From Pseudomonadota bacterium (GTDB taxonomy: Bacteria; Pseudomonadota; Alphaproteobacteria; Rs-D84): a DNA stretch of 64,000 nucleotides. The notes below the pieces were generated by a model. The model saw nothing but the letters and a program-made list of their open reading frames with translations, was not told where the DNA came from and made no database searches. This document shows, piece by piece, positions 48,723 through 57,608 of the stretch (its first letter is position 1; each line of letters begins with the position of its first letter). Made by a program: the position numbers and the translations under genes. The stretch covers positions 67,879-131,878 of the forward strand of contig JAEXCU010000015.1 of assembly GCA_023402015.1 (NCBI GenBank). The letters are read 5' to 3'.

Positions 48723-49085
48723 TCAGATGCTGAATTTAAGAATAATATATCTGTATAATGCGTCGGGGGTTTGGATACGCATATGGTGCAGGCCAATTGC
48801 GCGTTTGGTAAATATTACGCATGTTGGTACGCGGCGGGCATCAATTGTGGGTGTCGGTTGACTGCCCGGCAAATATAAAAATTCCCATCCGTGCGCGCGC
48901 AGTATTTTTAAATCGCGCAATGACAGTGATATTTTTACGATATTGCTCGCACGTACAAATTGATACATTAAAAATGGTTTAGTCTTATTTGCCGTTAATA
49001 TAATTGGTGCACAATGGCGAAAATGGCGGCAAAGTATCCGCGGCAGAATCTTGGTCGTTTTGGTACAAAATGCAATAATAATCAT
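48723..49085 (-). CDS. hypothetical protein (120 aa)
   Basis: An ATG with a weak GGAAG RBS, lying downstream of the 115-aa gene. Its 3' part runs into the repeat cluster. Confidence 0.3.
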   Translation of the reverse strand: MIIIAFCTKTTKILPRILCRHFRHCAPIILTANKTKPFLMYQFVRASNIVKISLSLRDLKILRAHGWEFLYLPGSQPTPTIDARRVPTCVIFTKRAIGLHHMRIQTPDALYRYIILKFSI

Positions 49086-49127
49086 CGGTTTCTTCCAATT
49101 CCCGCACGCCGTGGCGTGCGGAATAAA

Positions 49128-49475
49128 CTATTCAATCCAACCGCGGGCAGTGGCGGCCGTGCCAATTGTTGCCATTGCGCGACGCCATAAATCTGCGGCA
49201 CGATTTTCCGCATAAATATATTGATGTGGTGCGCGCCTACGGTCGCCAAATTTTTTCATAACGGATAATTGTTCTTCGTCCAATTTGCCCGACAAATACA
49301 GTTTGGTTATTAATGTTTCCACATCCAACAATTCGCATACACGTCGCGTGGCGCGGGAACCGTTATGTGTAAATCCGTTTTGCATAGATTTAGAATATAA
49401 AAACCAAAACCATAATTGTTCTGCATTTTGGAATTTTTCAGGGGTGTATACGGTTTTTACATTTTGTGTGGTCAT
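49128..49475 (-). CDS. hypothetical protein (115 aa from MTTQNV)
   Basis: A strong RBS (AAGGAG) and an ATG at 49475. No recognised motif. Confidence 0.6.
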   Translation of the reverse strand: MTTQNVKTVYTPEKFQNAEQLWFWFLYSKSMQNGFTHNGSRATRRVCELLDVETLITKLYLSGKLDEEQLSVMKKFGDRRRAPHQYIYAENRAADLWRRAMATIGTAATARGWIE

Positions 49476-49814
49476 TTTTGTTTTCTCCTTTTTATGACTT
49501 TCGTTTGTTTTACATATATAGAATAAGAATAGAATCCTGTAAAACATTACAACCAATGGTTGAAATACGATTCGGATTTCTGATTCTTTAATCATTTTTG
49601 TCTGGTGGCCTGCGAATCGTATAAAACGGTGCGAATGCCGGCCCCCGGCCGCGGAATTGTTAATAAAAAAAGCGCGCATTTGCGCGCACTTTAAATATAA
49701 AAGAAAATAACCCTCTCTGTTTTTTTGCTTTGCAAAAAACACCCCTCCGTTGGGGGGGGGATTTTGTTTTTATTTATATAATTCGTACCATAATGTTTTT
49801 CAATACCATGCAAT

Positions 49815-49843
49815 AAAAAACAAACCCGCCAAATGCGGGTTTG
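49815..49843 (-). terminator. Intrinsic terminator after virB10 (CAAACCCGC-ATTTG-GCGGGTTTG plus T-run on the minus strand)
   Basis: A perfect 9-bp stem lying 8 nt after the stop codon. Confidence 0.8.
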
Positions 49844-49851
49844 TTTGATAT

Positions 49852-52272
49852 TTATAATATCGGTGGGAAGCAATCGCCACCAGTTTCTGGACAACAATTA
49901 AATCCTTGGTCGCCCATGTCTGTATATATTTCCCCGGTACAGCATCCATTTGCGTCAGGGTTGGTACCGTCTTCGCATGTGATGATTGCGGCGGCCTGTT
50001 CTTCTTGCTTTTCCGCACCTGCAAACGGGTTTTGAATACTGCCGTCTTCGTTGTATGTCAGACCCAAAACCTCTTGATTATATTTCTGATCGCCGGCAAT
50101 TCCCGTCAGGCCCGTTCCAGATTGTGATACGTTGTAATTGTTCTGGAACTGTTGCTGTTGGTTCTGGTATACGGCATCCTGTTTGGCGTTGTTAATCGCC
50201 TGGTAATTCATGGATTGGCAATACATCAAAACTGTTCTGTAATCGTATCCGGCGTTGTTAATGGCGGCCTCTTGATTGGCCTTGATTCCCCATACGCCTT
50301 TGTTATCCTGGGTGCAATATTGCGTCAGGTTAAATGAACGTACCTGGCCGGTCCAAGAACCATCTTCGTAATTCGGTGTCGCATCACTGAGATGCGATGC
50401 GCGTGGTGTTGAACTGTATTCAGAAATCGCACATTTCTTGCCGGCATTTTCGGGATCATTGGGTGAACCGCATGTAACCAACAAATCAACCGGTGAATAC
50501 ACCGTTATACGCGTACCGGCCGCAATGGAAAATGGCGGCACAGTATTATCCATCATATCAACCAATAATTTCTGGGCAACCTGGTTCCATGCAGTGATGA
50601 TTTCATTCTTGGCCAATTCAGACGAACGAACCGTACCCGATTGCACAACCGTGTTATTGTCCAAATCAATTTGATTAATAAATGTATCAGATATTGGGGC
50701 AATCAAATTCACCGCCGCCGGAACAATTGCCGTTAACATCGGCATAATAAATTGTTCAACATAATCGGTACTGCCGCGGCCGGGTACACCAGAACGACCC
50801 TGAGAATCGGCGGAAAAAGGATTGTTGCCACCGAAATTAAATTCAACACCGTCCGGACGAATAAACTGGTACCATTTGATATCCATGCGCCCGACTGTTG
50901 TGTATGGTCCCGGCAGGGTACCCGTTACATATCCCAACATCAATGTTCCGGTTGGCAAAATAACCGTGCGGCCATTATCGGAATAAACATTACGGTCAAC
51001 CGTTGCACGCACCGGCAGGCCGGTCTTTAAAGCCTCGGTATCGGCCAAGATTTCAGAAACAATCGTTGCCGGTATTGGTTTATATTGACGCAAAATAAAA
51101 CTGCGGTCATATGGCATACTGGATACAACTGTTTCGCCCATTGCAGAACCCAAATAAGTTTTCGGGTCAATGCGCGATGGTTGTAATGCCACGCGGCCAA
51201 AACCACTGCCACTGGGGGCGGTGGCGGCACCACCAACGATTTCTTCGGTGGTTAATTGAAATGCGCGGTTAACACTTTTTGTTCCCGTTGGATTGGATAA
51301 TTGCGGTAATGTGCCATTTGTTATCGCAGTATATCCGATATGTTCCGCATCGGTTCCGATTTTTTTTGCTTTGTCATTTATATCAGTAATGATTCCATTA
51401 TCCGGGTTATACATCCCCGTAGGTGAATCACAATCTTTGTCGGCAAACGGGTGGAAATAATACGCACCGCGTTCGGGACGAATCCATCCAATCTGGACGC
51501 CAGATAAATTATATCCCGGAAATGCAAAGTCCGAACATGCCTCGGCCGGGATGTCAGATGTAATTGTGTCATTAACAACAATTTGTTCTGTGGCCGGTTG
51601 TGCGGGTGCAGATTTTTTTGCAAACGGATCGGATTCAGATGAAGATATCAGTTCTATTTCCTGGCGTATTTCTTCGCGGATTGGTTTTGGTTCCACCGGT
51701 GCCGGTTCAATCACAGGTTCCACAACCGGCGCGGTTTGCTTGGGTTGCTGGGGCGCGGTTGCCGGTGCCTGGGCGCCCAAAACCAAAATGATTTTGTCCG
51801 TTTTTTTCATTTCATCGGGTTCATTTGCCGCGCGCCAGTCAATAAATAATGCGGTTGTTTCCGGATTCATTGCGGTTGTTGGTTTGTATTCCAATACAAT
51901 TGTGCAGGACGCATTTTTATCAATCTGGCCCATACGGGTGCATGTTTGCTGGTCAGACAATCCGGGGATGTCCTTGGTCCGACGCACAGCCAAAACCTTG
52001 GCCGGGGCGGACGCAGATATTTTAACAGATTGTGTTTTTGTCGTTCCAACAGGTGTCTCGGCCCAGTTCACTGAATCTTGGGTCGGTGAAAAAATCAAAT
52101 TTACAGGCACGTCATCAACGTTTGCAATTTTTGTTTCTTTTTTACTTTTTCCGCTAAGCAACAAAGTCAACAAAATTAGTACCACAATAAATGCCGCCGC
52201 CAACAACAACCATTGAATGTGCTTTGGCGTCGTCTTGCGCAGGTCTGAAATTTGTTTTTTTATACTGGTCAT
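49852..52272 (-). CDS. virB10: VirB10/TrbI-family type IV secretion protein, greatly expanded (806 aa)
   Basis: An N-terminal TM helix, a Pro-rich linker (APQQPKQTAPVVEPVIEPAPVEPKP) and a TrbI core at about aa 385-598 (LPVRATVDRNVYSDNGRTVILPTGTLMLG...FSIAAGTRITVYSPVDL). It also carries the extra modules described in the findings. Confidence 0.85.
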   Translation of the reverse strand: MTSIKKQISDLRKTTPKHIQWLLLAAAFIVVLILLTLLLSGKSKKETKIANVDDVPVNLIFSPTQDSVNWAETPVGTTKTQSVKISASAPAKVLAVRRTKDIPGLSDQQTCTRMGQIDKNASCTIVLEYKPTTAMNPETTALFIDWRAANEPDEMKKTDKIILVLGAQAPATAPQQPKQTAPVVEPVIEPAPVEPKPIREEIRQEIELISSSESDPFAKKSAPAQPATEQIVVNDTITSDIPAEACSDFAFPGYNLSGVQIGWIRPERGAYYFHPFADKDCDSPTGMYNPDNGIITDINDKAKKIGTDAEHIGYTAITNGTLPQLSNPTGTKSVNRAFQLTTEEIVGGAATAPSGSGFGRVALQPSRIDPKTYLGSAMGETVVSSMPYDRSFILRQYKPIPATIVSEILADTEALKTGLPVRATVDRNVYSDNGRTVILPTGTLMLGYVTGTLPGPYTTVGRMDIKWYQFIRPDGVEFNFGGNNPFSADSQGRSGVPGRGSTDYVEQFIMPMLTAIVPAAVNLIAPISDTFINQIDLDNNTVVQSGTVRSSELAKNEIITAWNQVAQKLLVDMMDNTVPPFSIAAGTRITVYSPVDLLVTCGSPNDPENAGKKCAISEYSSTPRASHLSDATPNYEDGSWTGQVRSFNLTQYCTQDNKGVWGIKANQEAAINNAGYDYRTVLMYCQSMNYQAINNAKQDAVYQNQQQQFQNNYNVSQSGTGLTGIAGDQKYNQEVLGLTYNEDGSIQNPFAGAEKQEEQAAAIITCEDGTNPDANGCCTGEIYTDMGDQGFNCCPETGGDCFPPIL

Positions 52273-52289
52273 TATTTATATATCCGCCA

Positions 52290-53831
52290 CTATTGAATAC
52301 GTACAACGCTGCAACTGGCACCACTGAATTTTAACAGTTGGTCGCACAGTTTTTGCGCCGTATCTATGTCTGACAACGGCCCAATGCGCAGACGATACAG
52401 ACGTGCCGTGGATGAATCCGCACCTAAATCGCCAACGCCTTGTTCGTCAACCGCAAAGAACACCATGTCTTTGTACGGTGTCAGCAATCCCTGGCCGTCT
52501 TCGCCACTGAATTTTGCCAACATGCCCGTCCAATAATCGTCCAGTGCCTTGACAGATGTATCGGCCTTTAATTCAACGGCAACACCTGTTTGGTTGCTGG
52601 TAATCAATGGAATGTTTGATTGGGGCAGATAAGAACCCGCGGTCAAACGCGCCGTTGGCATCATAGAAACGCCATTGGTGCCATATGTTTGGGACGCGGC
52701 GGTTGAAAATCCGGCCGGCAAATAATATCCGGTTGTTGCATTGTTTGATGTATTGCCAATCATAACCGGTGTGCCTGTATAACTGACACCGGCCGCGTTA
52801 ATTGCCGCCTGGTCCATGCTGTATGCAATATTATTCAGCGATTGGCCCGACATCATGGATTGGGCAACATTTGCCTCGGCCAATGCCATGACAGATGCAG
52901 TATCGGCAATCAAGAACGGTTTTTCTCGTTTTTTGATGCAAACGATGCGCTGACCACTGCGCAGGACCATGTCGCCAACGGCCTCTACAATTAATAATCT
53001 GCCGTCTTCGCCGTCTGTGCGGAAACCAACGGGGGATTCGCCGCCTTCAACCAACAGGGATACAACCGGGCGCTGGGTCATGGCGATTACTTTGTCGCCA
53101 AAGTCAATGTATGTAAATATGCGGTCGCGCCATACACGCTCGGGTGCAATTACGTAATCATCCGGATTGGGAACAAATATATCCAAATCAAATCTGAATT
53201 CAGACGGGTCAATCTTCATTGATTTTATCCAACCGTAATCTTCGCCGTCAACACCGATTGTCGTACTGCCCGATTTTGCCTTTTTAAATATTGAACTGGC
53301 GCCGCCACCTGTGGTTGCAGTTGATGCAGTTGCGTTTGGCAATGTTGCGTTGCCGTCTAAAACGACGTCAACCTGGGAATATGTAATTTCGCTGGAATTA
53401 GATGGTTCGCTGCGCAGATAAAAGATATATTTATTTCCCGATTTACCCGTCACAATCAGGTTTGTATCAGATCCTTGGTTGCTGGCCTCAGGACTGATGA
53501 ACATTGTGCGGTCGCCCTGGTTTGCCTCAATCGTGAACAGACCCTGGTTTCCGATAACTGCGTCGGCGATTTGTTCGCCATTTGGCAATGAAACCATTGT
53601 AACCATTCCATTCCGCAGTTTAATTGGCAAAACACTGCCTGTGCCCCAACTCAGTTGTGCATATCCTGGCTTAATACTGCCCGATGCCATATTTGCGGTT
53701 GGGTTATCCCATGCCTCTTGCACACCGTAATTTGTGCCGGCGGCCATGACGGTCATGGGCGCGCCCAGCACGCAACATGCCCCCAGGCAGAAAACGGAAA
53801 CATTTAATTTAACTGCTTTTGAGAATGTCAT
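52290..53831 (-). CDS. virB9: VirB9/TrbG-family type IV secretion protein with a C-terminal SPOR-like domain (513 aa)
   Basis: A signal peptide, a VirB9 N-domain (MVTMVSLPNGEQI...NLIVTGKSGNKYIFYLRS), a C-domain (RIFTYIDFGDK...PVGFRTDG...LIVEAVGDMVLRSG), then ...RLYRLRIGPLSDIDTAQKLCDQL. Confidence 0.8.
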   Translation of the reverse strand: MTFSKAVKLNVSVFCLGACCVLGAPMTVMAAGTNYGVQEAWDNPTANMASGSIKPGYAQLSWGTGSVLPIKLRNGMVTMVSLPNGEQIADAVIGNQGLFTIEANQGDRTMFISPEASNQGSDTNLIVTGKSGNKYIFYLRSEPSNSSEITYSQVDVVLDGNATLPNATASTATTGGGASSIFKKAKSGSTTIGVDGEDYGWIKSMKIDPSEFRFDLDIFVPNPDDYVIAPERVWRDRIFTYIDFGDKVIAMTQRPVVSLLVEGGESPVGFRTDGEDGRLLIVEAVGDMVLRSGQRIVCIKKREKPFLIADTASVMALAEANVAQSMMSGQSLNNIAYSMDQAAINAAGVSYTGTPVMIGNTSNNATTGYYLPAGFSTAASQTYGTNGVSMMPTARLTAGSYLPQSNIPLITSNQTGVAVELKADTSVKALDDYWTGMLAKFSGEDGQGLLTPYKDMVFFAVDEQGVGDLGADSSTARLYRLRIGPLSDIDTAQKLCDQLLKFSGASCSVVRIQ

Positions 53832-53857
53832 AACAATTCCTTCCCTTAATCATGCGA

Positions 53858-54538
53858 TTATAAACCGCTGTTATTTAAATAACCGGTATCCAGTGGATCG
53901 CCATTGCCGGATTCAATTCTGTATTCTGCAACGCGGATGCCCAACGGGTTATTCAGGCGGTCTGACCATTTTATTGTCGCGTCGCCATCCAATTCCAATC
54001 TTAATACAATTGTATAATCTTTTTTATCTATCTGTCCATCACTATTTGCGCAGAAATAACTGAAACTGACGGCATAGGTATCATTTGAACGCGGGGCAAT
54101 GGCACCGGGCTGGAATTCCACAGGACATGTGAATTCAAAATCTGGCACATCGTTCATTAATGCCGTCCATAAATTCGTTTGGGTAAATGCATTGTAAACA
54201 TCCGACGTGGACCATGTGCGAACAATTCCATTTTCGTCATTGTTCCATTTTTGACACATTGTTTTTGTGTTCGGGACGATTTCATTGCGCGCCTTGATAT
54301 ATTCGCGTATAAATGCCCGTTTATAAATATCCAGATTTTCATCCGTTGGCGGTAATTCAGCCAACCGGATTTCCAAATCGCTGCGCGGTTGTGTCATCAA
54401 AAAGAACACCTGGGGGCGGTTCAGTGGGAACATTTTATACAATGTAATAATTAAAACCACCACCACGACCAACGCCGCGGCAAAGACAAATGTCATTATA
54501 CGTGATAGCAAAGTTGGCGGTTCTATGCGGTCTGGCAA
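53858..54538 (-). CDS. virB8: VirB8-family type IV secretion protein
   Basis: One TM helix plus an NTF2-like periplasmic domain ending NPLGIRVAEYRIE. The preferred start is TTG at 54538, 7 nt after GGGGGAG, with a TTGCAC-18 nt-TACAAT promoter at 54565-54594. The track start at TTG 54652 has no RBS. Confidence 0.75.
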   Translation of the reverse strand: MPDRIEPPTLLSRIMTFVFAAALVVVVVLIITLYKMFPLNRPQVFFLMTQPRSDLEIRLAELPPTDENLDIYKRAFIREYIKARNEIVPNTKTMCQKWNNDENGIVRTWSTSDVYNAFTQTNLWTALMNDVPDFEFTCPVEFQPGAIAPRSNDTYAVSFSYFCANSDGQIDKKDYTIVLRLELDGDATIKWSDRLNNPLGIRVAEYRIESGNGDPLDTGYLNNSGL

Positions 54539-54800
54539 CGTTTTTCTCCCCCTTGGATAAATGAATTGTAGACAAAATTGCGGCAATGGTGCAAGTAAAA
54601 AGTGCGCCAAATCTGTATTTTGCGGTCCAAAAAATCTGGTTTGGTCAGACAATATAAAAATGGGTGATTAATTTTTGCTTGCACGGGGCCGAAGAAAATC
54701 ATATAATACTTTCCACTTGATTTTTTATATTGCTGTGCTATTCTAGCGCAGACTATTGGGGTATAGCGGTACAAAAGACAGGTAAATATTGCATGAAATT

Positions 54801-54874
54801 AGGGGCATAGTTCAACGGTAGAATATCGGTCTCCAAAACCGCGGATGAGGGTTCGATTCCTTCTGCCCCTGCCA
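54801..54874 (+). tRNA. tRNA-Trp (anticodon CCA)
   Basis: Hand-folded: AGGGGCA TA GTTC..GAAT A TCGGT CTCCAAA ACCGC GGAT GAGGG TTCGATT CCTTC TGCCCCT G CCA. Confidence 0.9.
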
Positions 54875-54925
54875 GATTTCTGGGCTTTAATAGTCGCAAG
54901 TTTGGACAAAATTGGATAAAATTTT

Positions 54926-55105
54926 ATGAAGAAAATACTAGAATACATCAAATCAGTACGCAGCGAATGGTTTAAAATTGTATGGCCGTCGCGCGACAGT
55001 GTTATTCGTGCAACAATCATGATTCTGGTTTTTTCTGGTTTGGCTGCACTGTTCTTTTTTGTGATTGACAGTGTGTTAAACGCGATTGTTGGGTGGATTT
55101 TCTAA
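54926..55105 (+). CDS. secE: preprotein translocase subunit SecE (59 aa)
   Basis: My own translation gives MKKILEYIKSVRSEWFKIVWPSRDSVIRATIMILVFSGLAALFFFVIDSVLNAIVGWIF. It sits between tRNA-Trp and nusG. It is absent from the ORF track because it is under 60 aa. Confidence 0.85.
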   Translation: MKKILEYIKSVRSEWFKIVWPSRDSVIRATIMILVFSGLAALFFFVIDSVLNAIVGWIF

Positions 55106-55128
55106 AAAAACGGTCAAAGGAAGTGCAT

Positions 55129-55662
55129 ATGGAAAATAAAATGCAATGGTTCGTGGTCAATGTTCACACCGGTTGCGAAGACAAAGTTGCCCGCGGTTTG
55201 CGTGAACAAATTGATAAACGCCGCTTGAACGCACTGTTTGGTGAAATTTTGGTGCCAACGCGCGAAGTTAATGAAATCAAGGCCGGTAAACGTGTTAAAT
55301 CCGAAAAAAAGTTTTTTCCTGGATACATTGTTGTTCAAATGGTTATGAATAACGAAACGTTTTCGTTGGTCAAACTGATGCCCCAGGTTGTTATGTTTTT
55401 GGGCGCAAAAAATAAACCAATTGCTGTCAGCGAAGAAGAAGCCCGCCGTTTGCAAAAACAGGTTGAAGAAGGCAGCGTTATTACGGATGATATTGAATAC
55501 GATGTCGGTCAAGAGGTTCATGTTATTGACGGGCCATTTGCCGGATTCAATGGCATCGTGTCAGAGGTTGATAATTTAAAGCAGAAAATGACCGTAACAA
55601 TTTTGGTCTTTGGGCGCGAAACCAGTGTTGAATTAGATTTCAGCCAGGTTGAAAAAGTTTAA
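55129..55662 (+). CDS. nusG: transcription termination/antitermination protein NusG
   Basis: NGN domain (WFVVNVHTGCEDKV) and KOW domain (GQEVHVIDGPFAGFNGIV). Confidence 0.95.
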   Translation: MENKMQWFVVNVHTGCEDKVARGLREQIDKRRLNALFGEILVPTREVNEIKAGKRVKSEKKFFPGYIVVQMVMNNETFSLVKLMPQVVMFLGAKNKPIAVSEEEARRLQKQVEEGSVITDDIEYDVGQEVHVIDGPFAGFNGIVSEVDNLKQKMTVTILVFGRETSVELDFSQVEKV

Positions 55663-55768
55663 TCGGGAAACCGACGGGCGTGTGTAAGGCGCGCAATCGT
55701 GGTGGATTTGCCAAATCGTACCACGGACACAACCAGGTGCATCTGCATCATACAAAATGGAGTGAAAA

Positions 55769-56200
55769 ATGGCAAAAAAAGAAGTAAAGGGAATGGTCAA
55801 ATTGGTCGTTCCTGCAAAACAGGCGAATCCTGCGCCACCGATTGGGCCCGCGTTGGGTGCCGCCGGTGTTAACATCGCGGAATTCTGCAAACAGTTTAAC
55901 GACAAAACGGCTGATAAAGAACCGGGTATGCCGATTCCATGCATTATCACTGTTTATACGGACCGCAGTTTTGAATTTATTATGAAACTGCCACCTGTGT
56001 CGTACTATATTAAAAAGGCATTAAAACTGAAACTGGGTTCTAAAAAACCGGGCCGTGATTTTGTCGGCACAATTTCCCAGGATCAAATCAAACAGATTGC
56101 CGAAGCAAAAATGCCGGACTTGAATTGCTCTACCATTGAATCTGCAATGAATATCGTTGCCGGTCAATGCCGTTCTATGGGCGTAAAGGTGGGGGAATAA
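55769..56200 (+). CDS. rplK: 50S ribosomal protein L11
   Basis: Sequence [26 protein letters not shown]. Confidence 0.95.
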   Translation: MAKKEVKGMVKLVVPAKQANPAPPIGPALGAAGVNIAEFCKQFNDKTADKEPGMPIPCIITVYTDRSFEFIMKLPPVSYYIKKALKLKLGSKKPGRDFVGTISQDQIKQIAEAKMPDLNCSTIESAMNIVAGQCRSMGVKVGE

Positions 56201-56203
56201 GAC

Positions 56204-56878
56204 ATGAAACAGACAAAAAGACAAAAGACATGGGCAAATCTGGATACTGACAAAGTGTATTCTTTGACAGATGCCATTGAAACTTTGCGCGGATACACGT
56301 CCAAAAAGTTTGACGAAAGTCTGGAAATCGCAATCCGTTTGGGTATTGATGTAACCAAGGCTGATCAAAACATCCGCGGTATGTTGTCCCTGCCGAATGG
56401 TACGGGTAAAACAGTCCGCGTTGCGGTGTTTACTGTCAACAGTGCTGACGAAGCCACCAAGGCTGGTGCAGATGTTGTTGGCGGCGAAGACCTGATTGAA
56501 AAGGTTGCGGCCGGTGAAATCAATTTTGATCGTGTTATCGCAACACCGGATATGATGCCGAAAATGTCAAAAATTGCACGCGTTTTGGGACCCAAGGGGC
56601 TGATGCCGAACCCGAAGTTGGGTACGGTTACCAACAACGTTGCCGAAGCAGTTAAAACAGCCAAGGCAGGTCAGATTGAATATCGTGCGGAAAAGAAAGG
56701 TATCATTCATGCCGGTATCGGTAAAATGTCCTTTGCAACAGACAAATTGGTTGAAAATGCAAACGCATTGATTGACCAATTGAAAAAGGTAAAACCTGCA
56801 TCATCCAAGGGTCAATATATCTTGGGCGCCGCCGTTGCGACAACCCAGGGACCGGGTTTAAAGGTTGATGTAAAATAA
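56204..56878 (+). CDS. rplA: 50S ribosomal protein L1
   Basis: The L1 signature FDESLEIAIRLGIDV...MPNPKLGTVT. Confidence 0.95.
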   Translation: MKQTKRQKTWANLDTDKVYSLTDAIETLRGYTSKKFDESLEIAIRLGIDVTKADQNIRGMLSLPNGTGKTVRVAVFTVNSADEATKAGADVVGGEDLIEKVAAGEINFDRVIATPDMMPKMSKIARVLGPKGLMPNPKLGTVTNNVAEAVKTAKAGQIEYRAEKKGIIHAGIGKMSFATDKLVENANALIDQLKKVKPASSKGQYILGAAVATTQGPGLKVDVK

Positions 56879-56879
56879 T

Positions 56880-57084
56880 AAGTCGCGGTTCGGCAATTTG
56901 CCGGACCGCGCAACAGATTTCTGTCCAAGACTGATGGTGCCAGCAGGCTTAATTTCCATCATAGACAAAGAAAAAATTCTTTGGGGCAGGAAAAGGCCCC
57001 ATCCCGGGCAAAACCGGATGGAAAGTTTAACGAAACAGGGATTTTGGAATTTTTAATTCTGAAATCTGAAAAAGGGATAAAGAT
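56880..57084 (+). promoter_or_regulatory. rplJ (L10) leader region with a post-rplA hairpin (GCGGTTCGGCAAATTGCCGGACCGC-type stem)
   Basis: A long untranslated, structured spacer at the position of the known L10/L12 autoregulatory leader. Confidence 0.45.
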
Positions 57085-57561
57085 ATGAGACGCGAAGAAA
57101 AATCAGATTTGATTTCAGCGTTGCAGTCGTCCTTGAAAGAAGCGAACGGTGTTTTCGTTATTGAAAACCATGGCTTGACTGTGAAAGAAATGGAAAGCCT
57201 GCGCAATGAATTGCGCCCATTGGTTTCCATCTTTAAAGTCGTTAAAAACCGTTTGATGAAATTGGCGTTGCAAGACACCGATTTCGCACCTGTATCCGAT
57301 ATGATGAAACGCCCGACCGCCGTTGCAGTTGCAACAGACGGATTGGCCGTTACCAAAGTGTTGGCTAAATTCGCCGAAGAACATCCGAATTTGACCATCG
57401 TCGGCGGTAAAATGGATGCAGATGTTCTGGACAAAGACGGAATTGTGCAATTATCCAAACTTCCTTCCTTGTTGGAAATCCGCGGCACGATTGCGCGTAT
57501 CCTGGTGGAACCGGGTTCTCGCTTGGCGCGTGTTTCTGCAGAATATGGAAAGAAAAATTAA
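57085..57561 (+). CDS. rplJ: 50S ribosomal protein L10
   Basis: L10-like sequence at the conserved operon position. Confidence 0.9.
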   Translation: MRREEKSDLISALQSSLKEANGVFVIENHGLTVKEMESLRNELRPLVSIFKVVKNRLMKLALQDTDFAPVSDMMKRPTAVAVATDGLAVTKVLAKFAEEHPNLTIVGGKMDADVLDKDGIVQLSKLPSLLEIRGTIARILVEPGSRLARVSAEYGKKN

Positions 57562-57608
57562 AATTTATCAGAATGATTACATTCTGATTACCTAAATAGG
57601 AGCTTAAA

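Noticed and set aside
48563-48796. Track ORF of 77 aa on the minus strand.
   Set aside because: It is a translation of the CGCAATGAC-type repeat units (HCEGLKRPRQSS...LDCHATLAM), not a credible gene.
54539-54652. The longer VirB8 start at TTG 54652 (264 aa).
   Set aside because: It has no RBS, and it would include a predicted promoter (54565-54594) inside the CDS. TTG 54538 has a GGGGGAG SD at 7-nt spacing and gives a typical VirB8 length of 226 aa.
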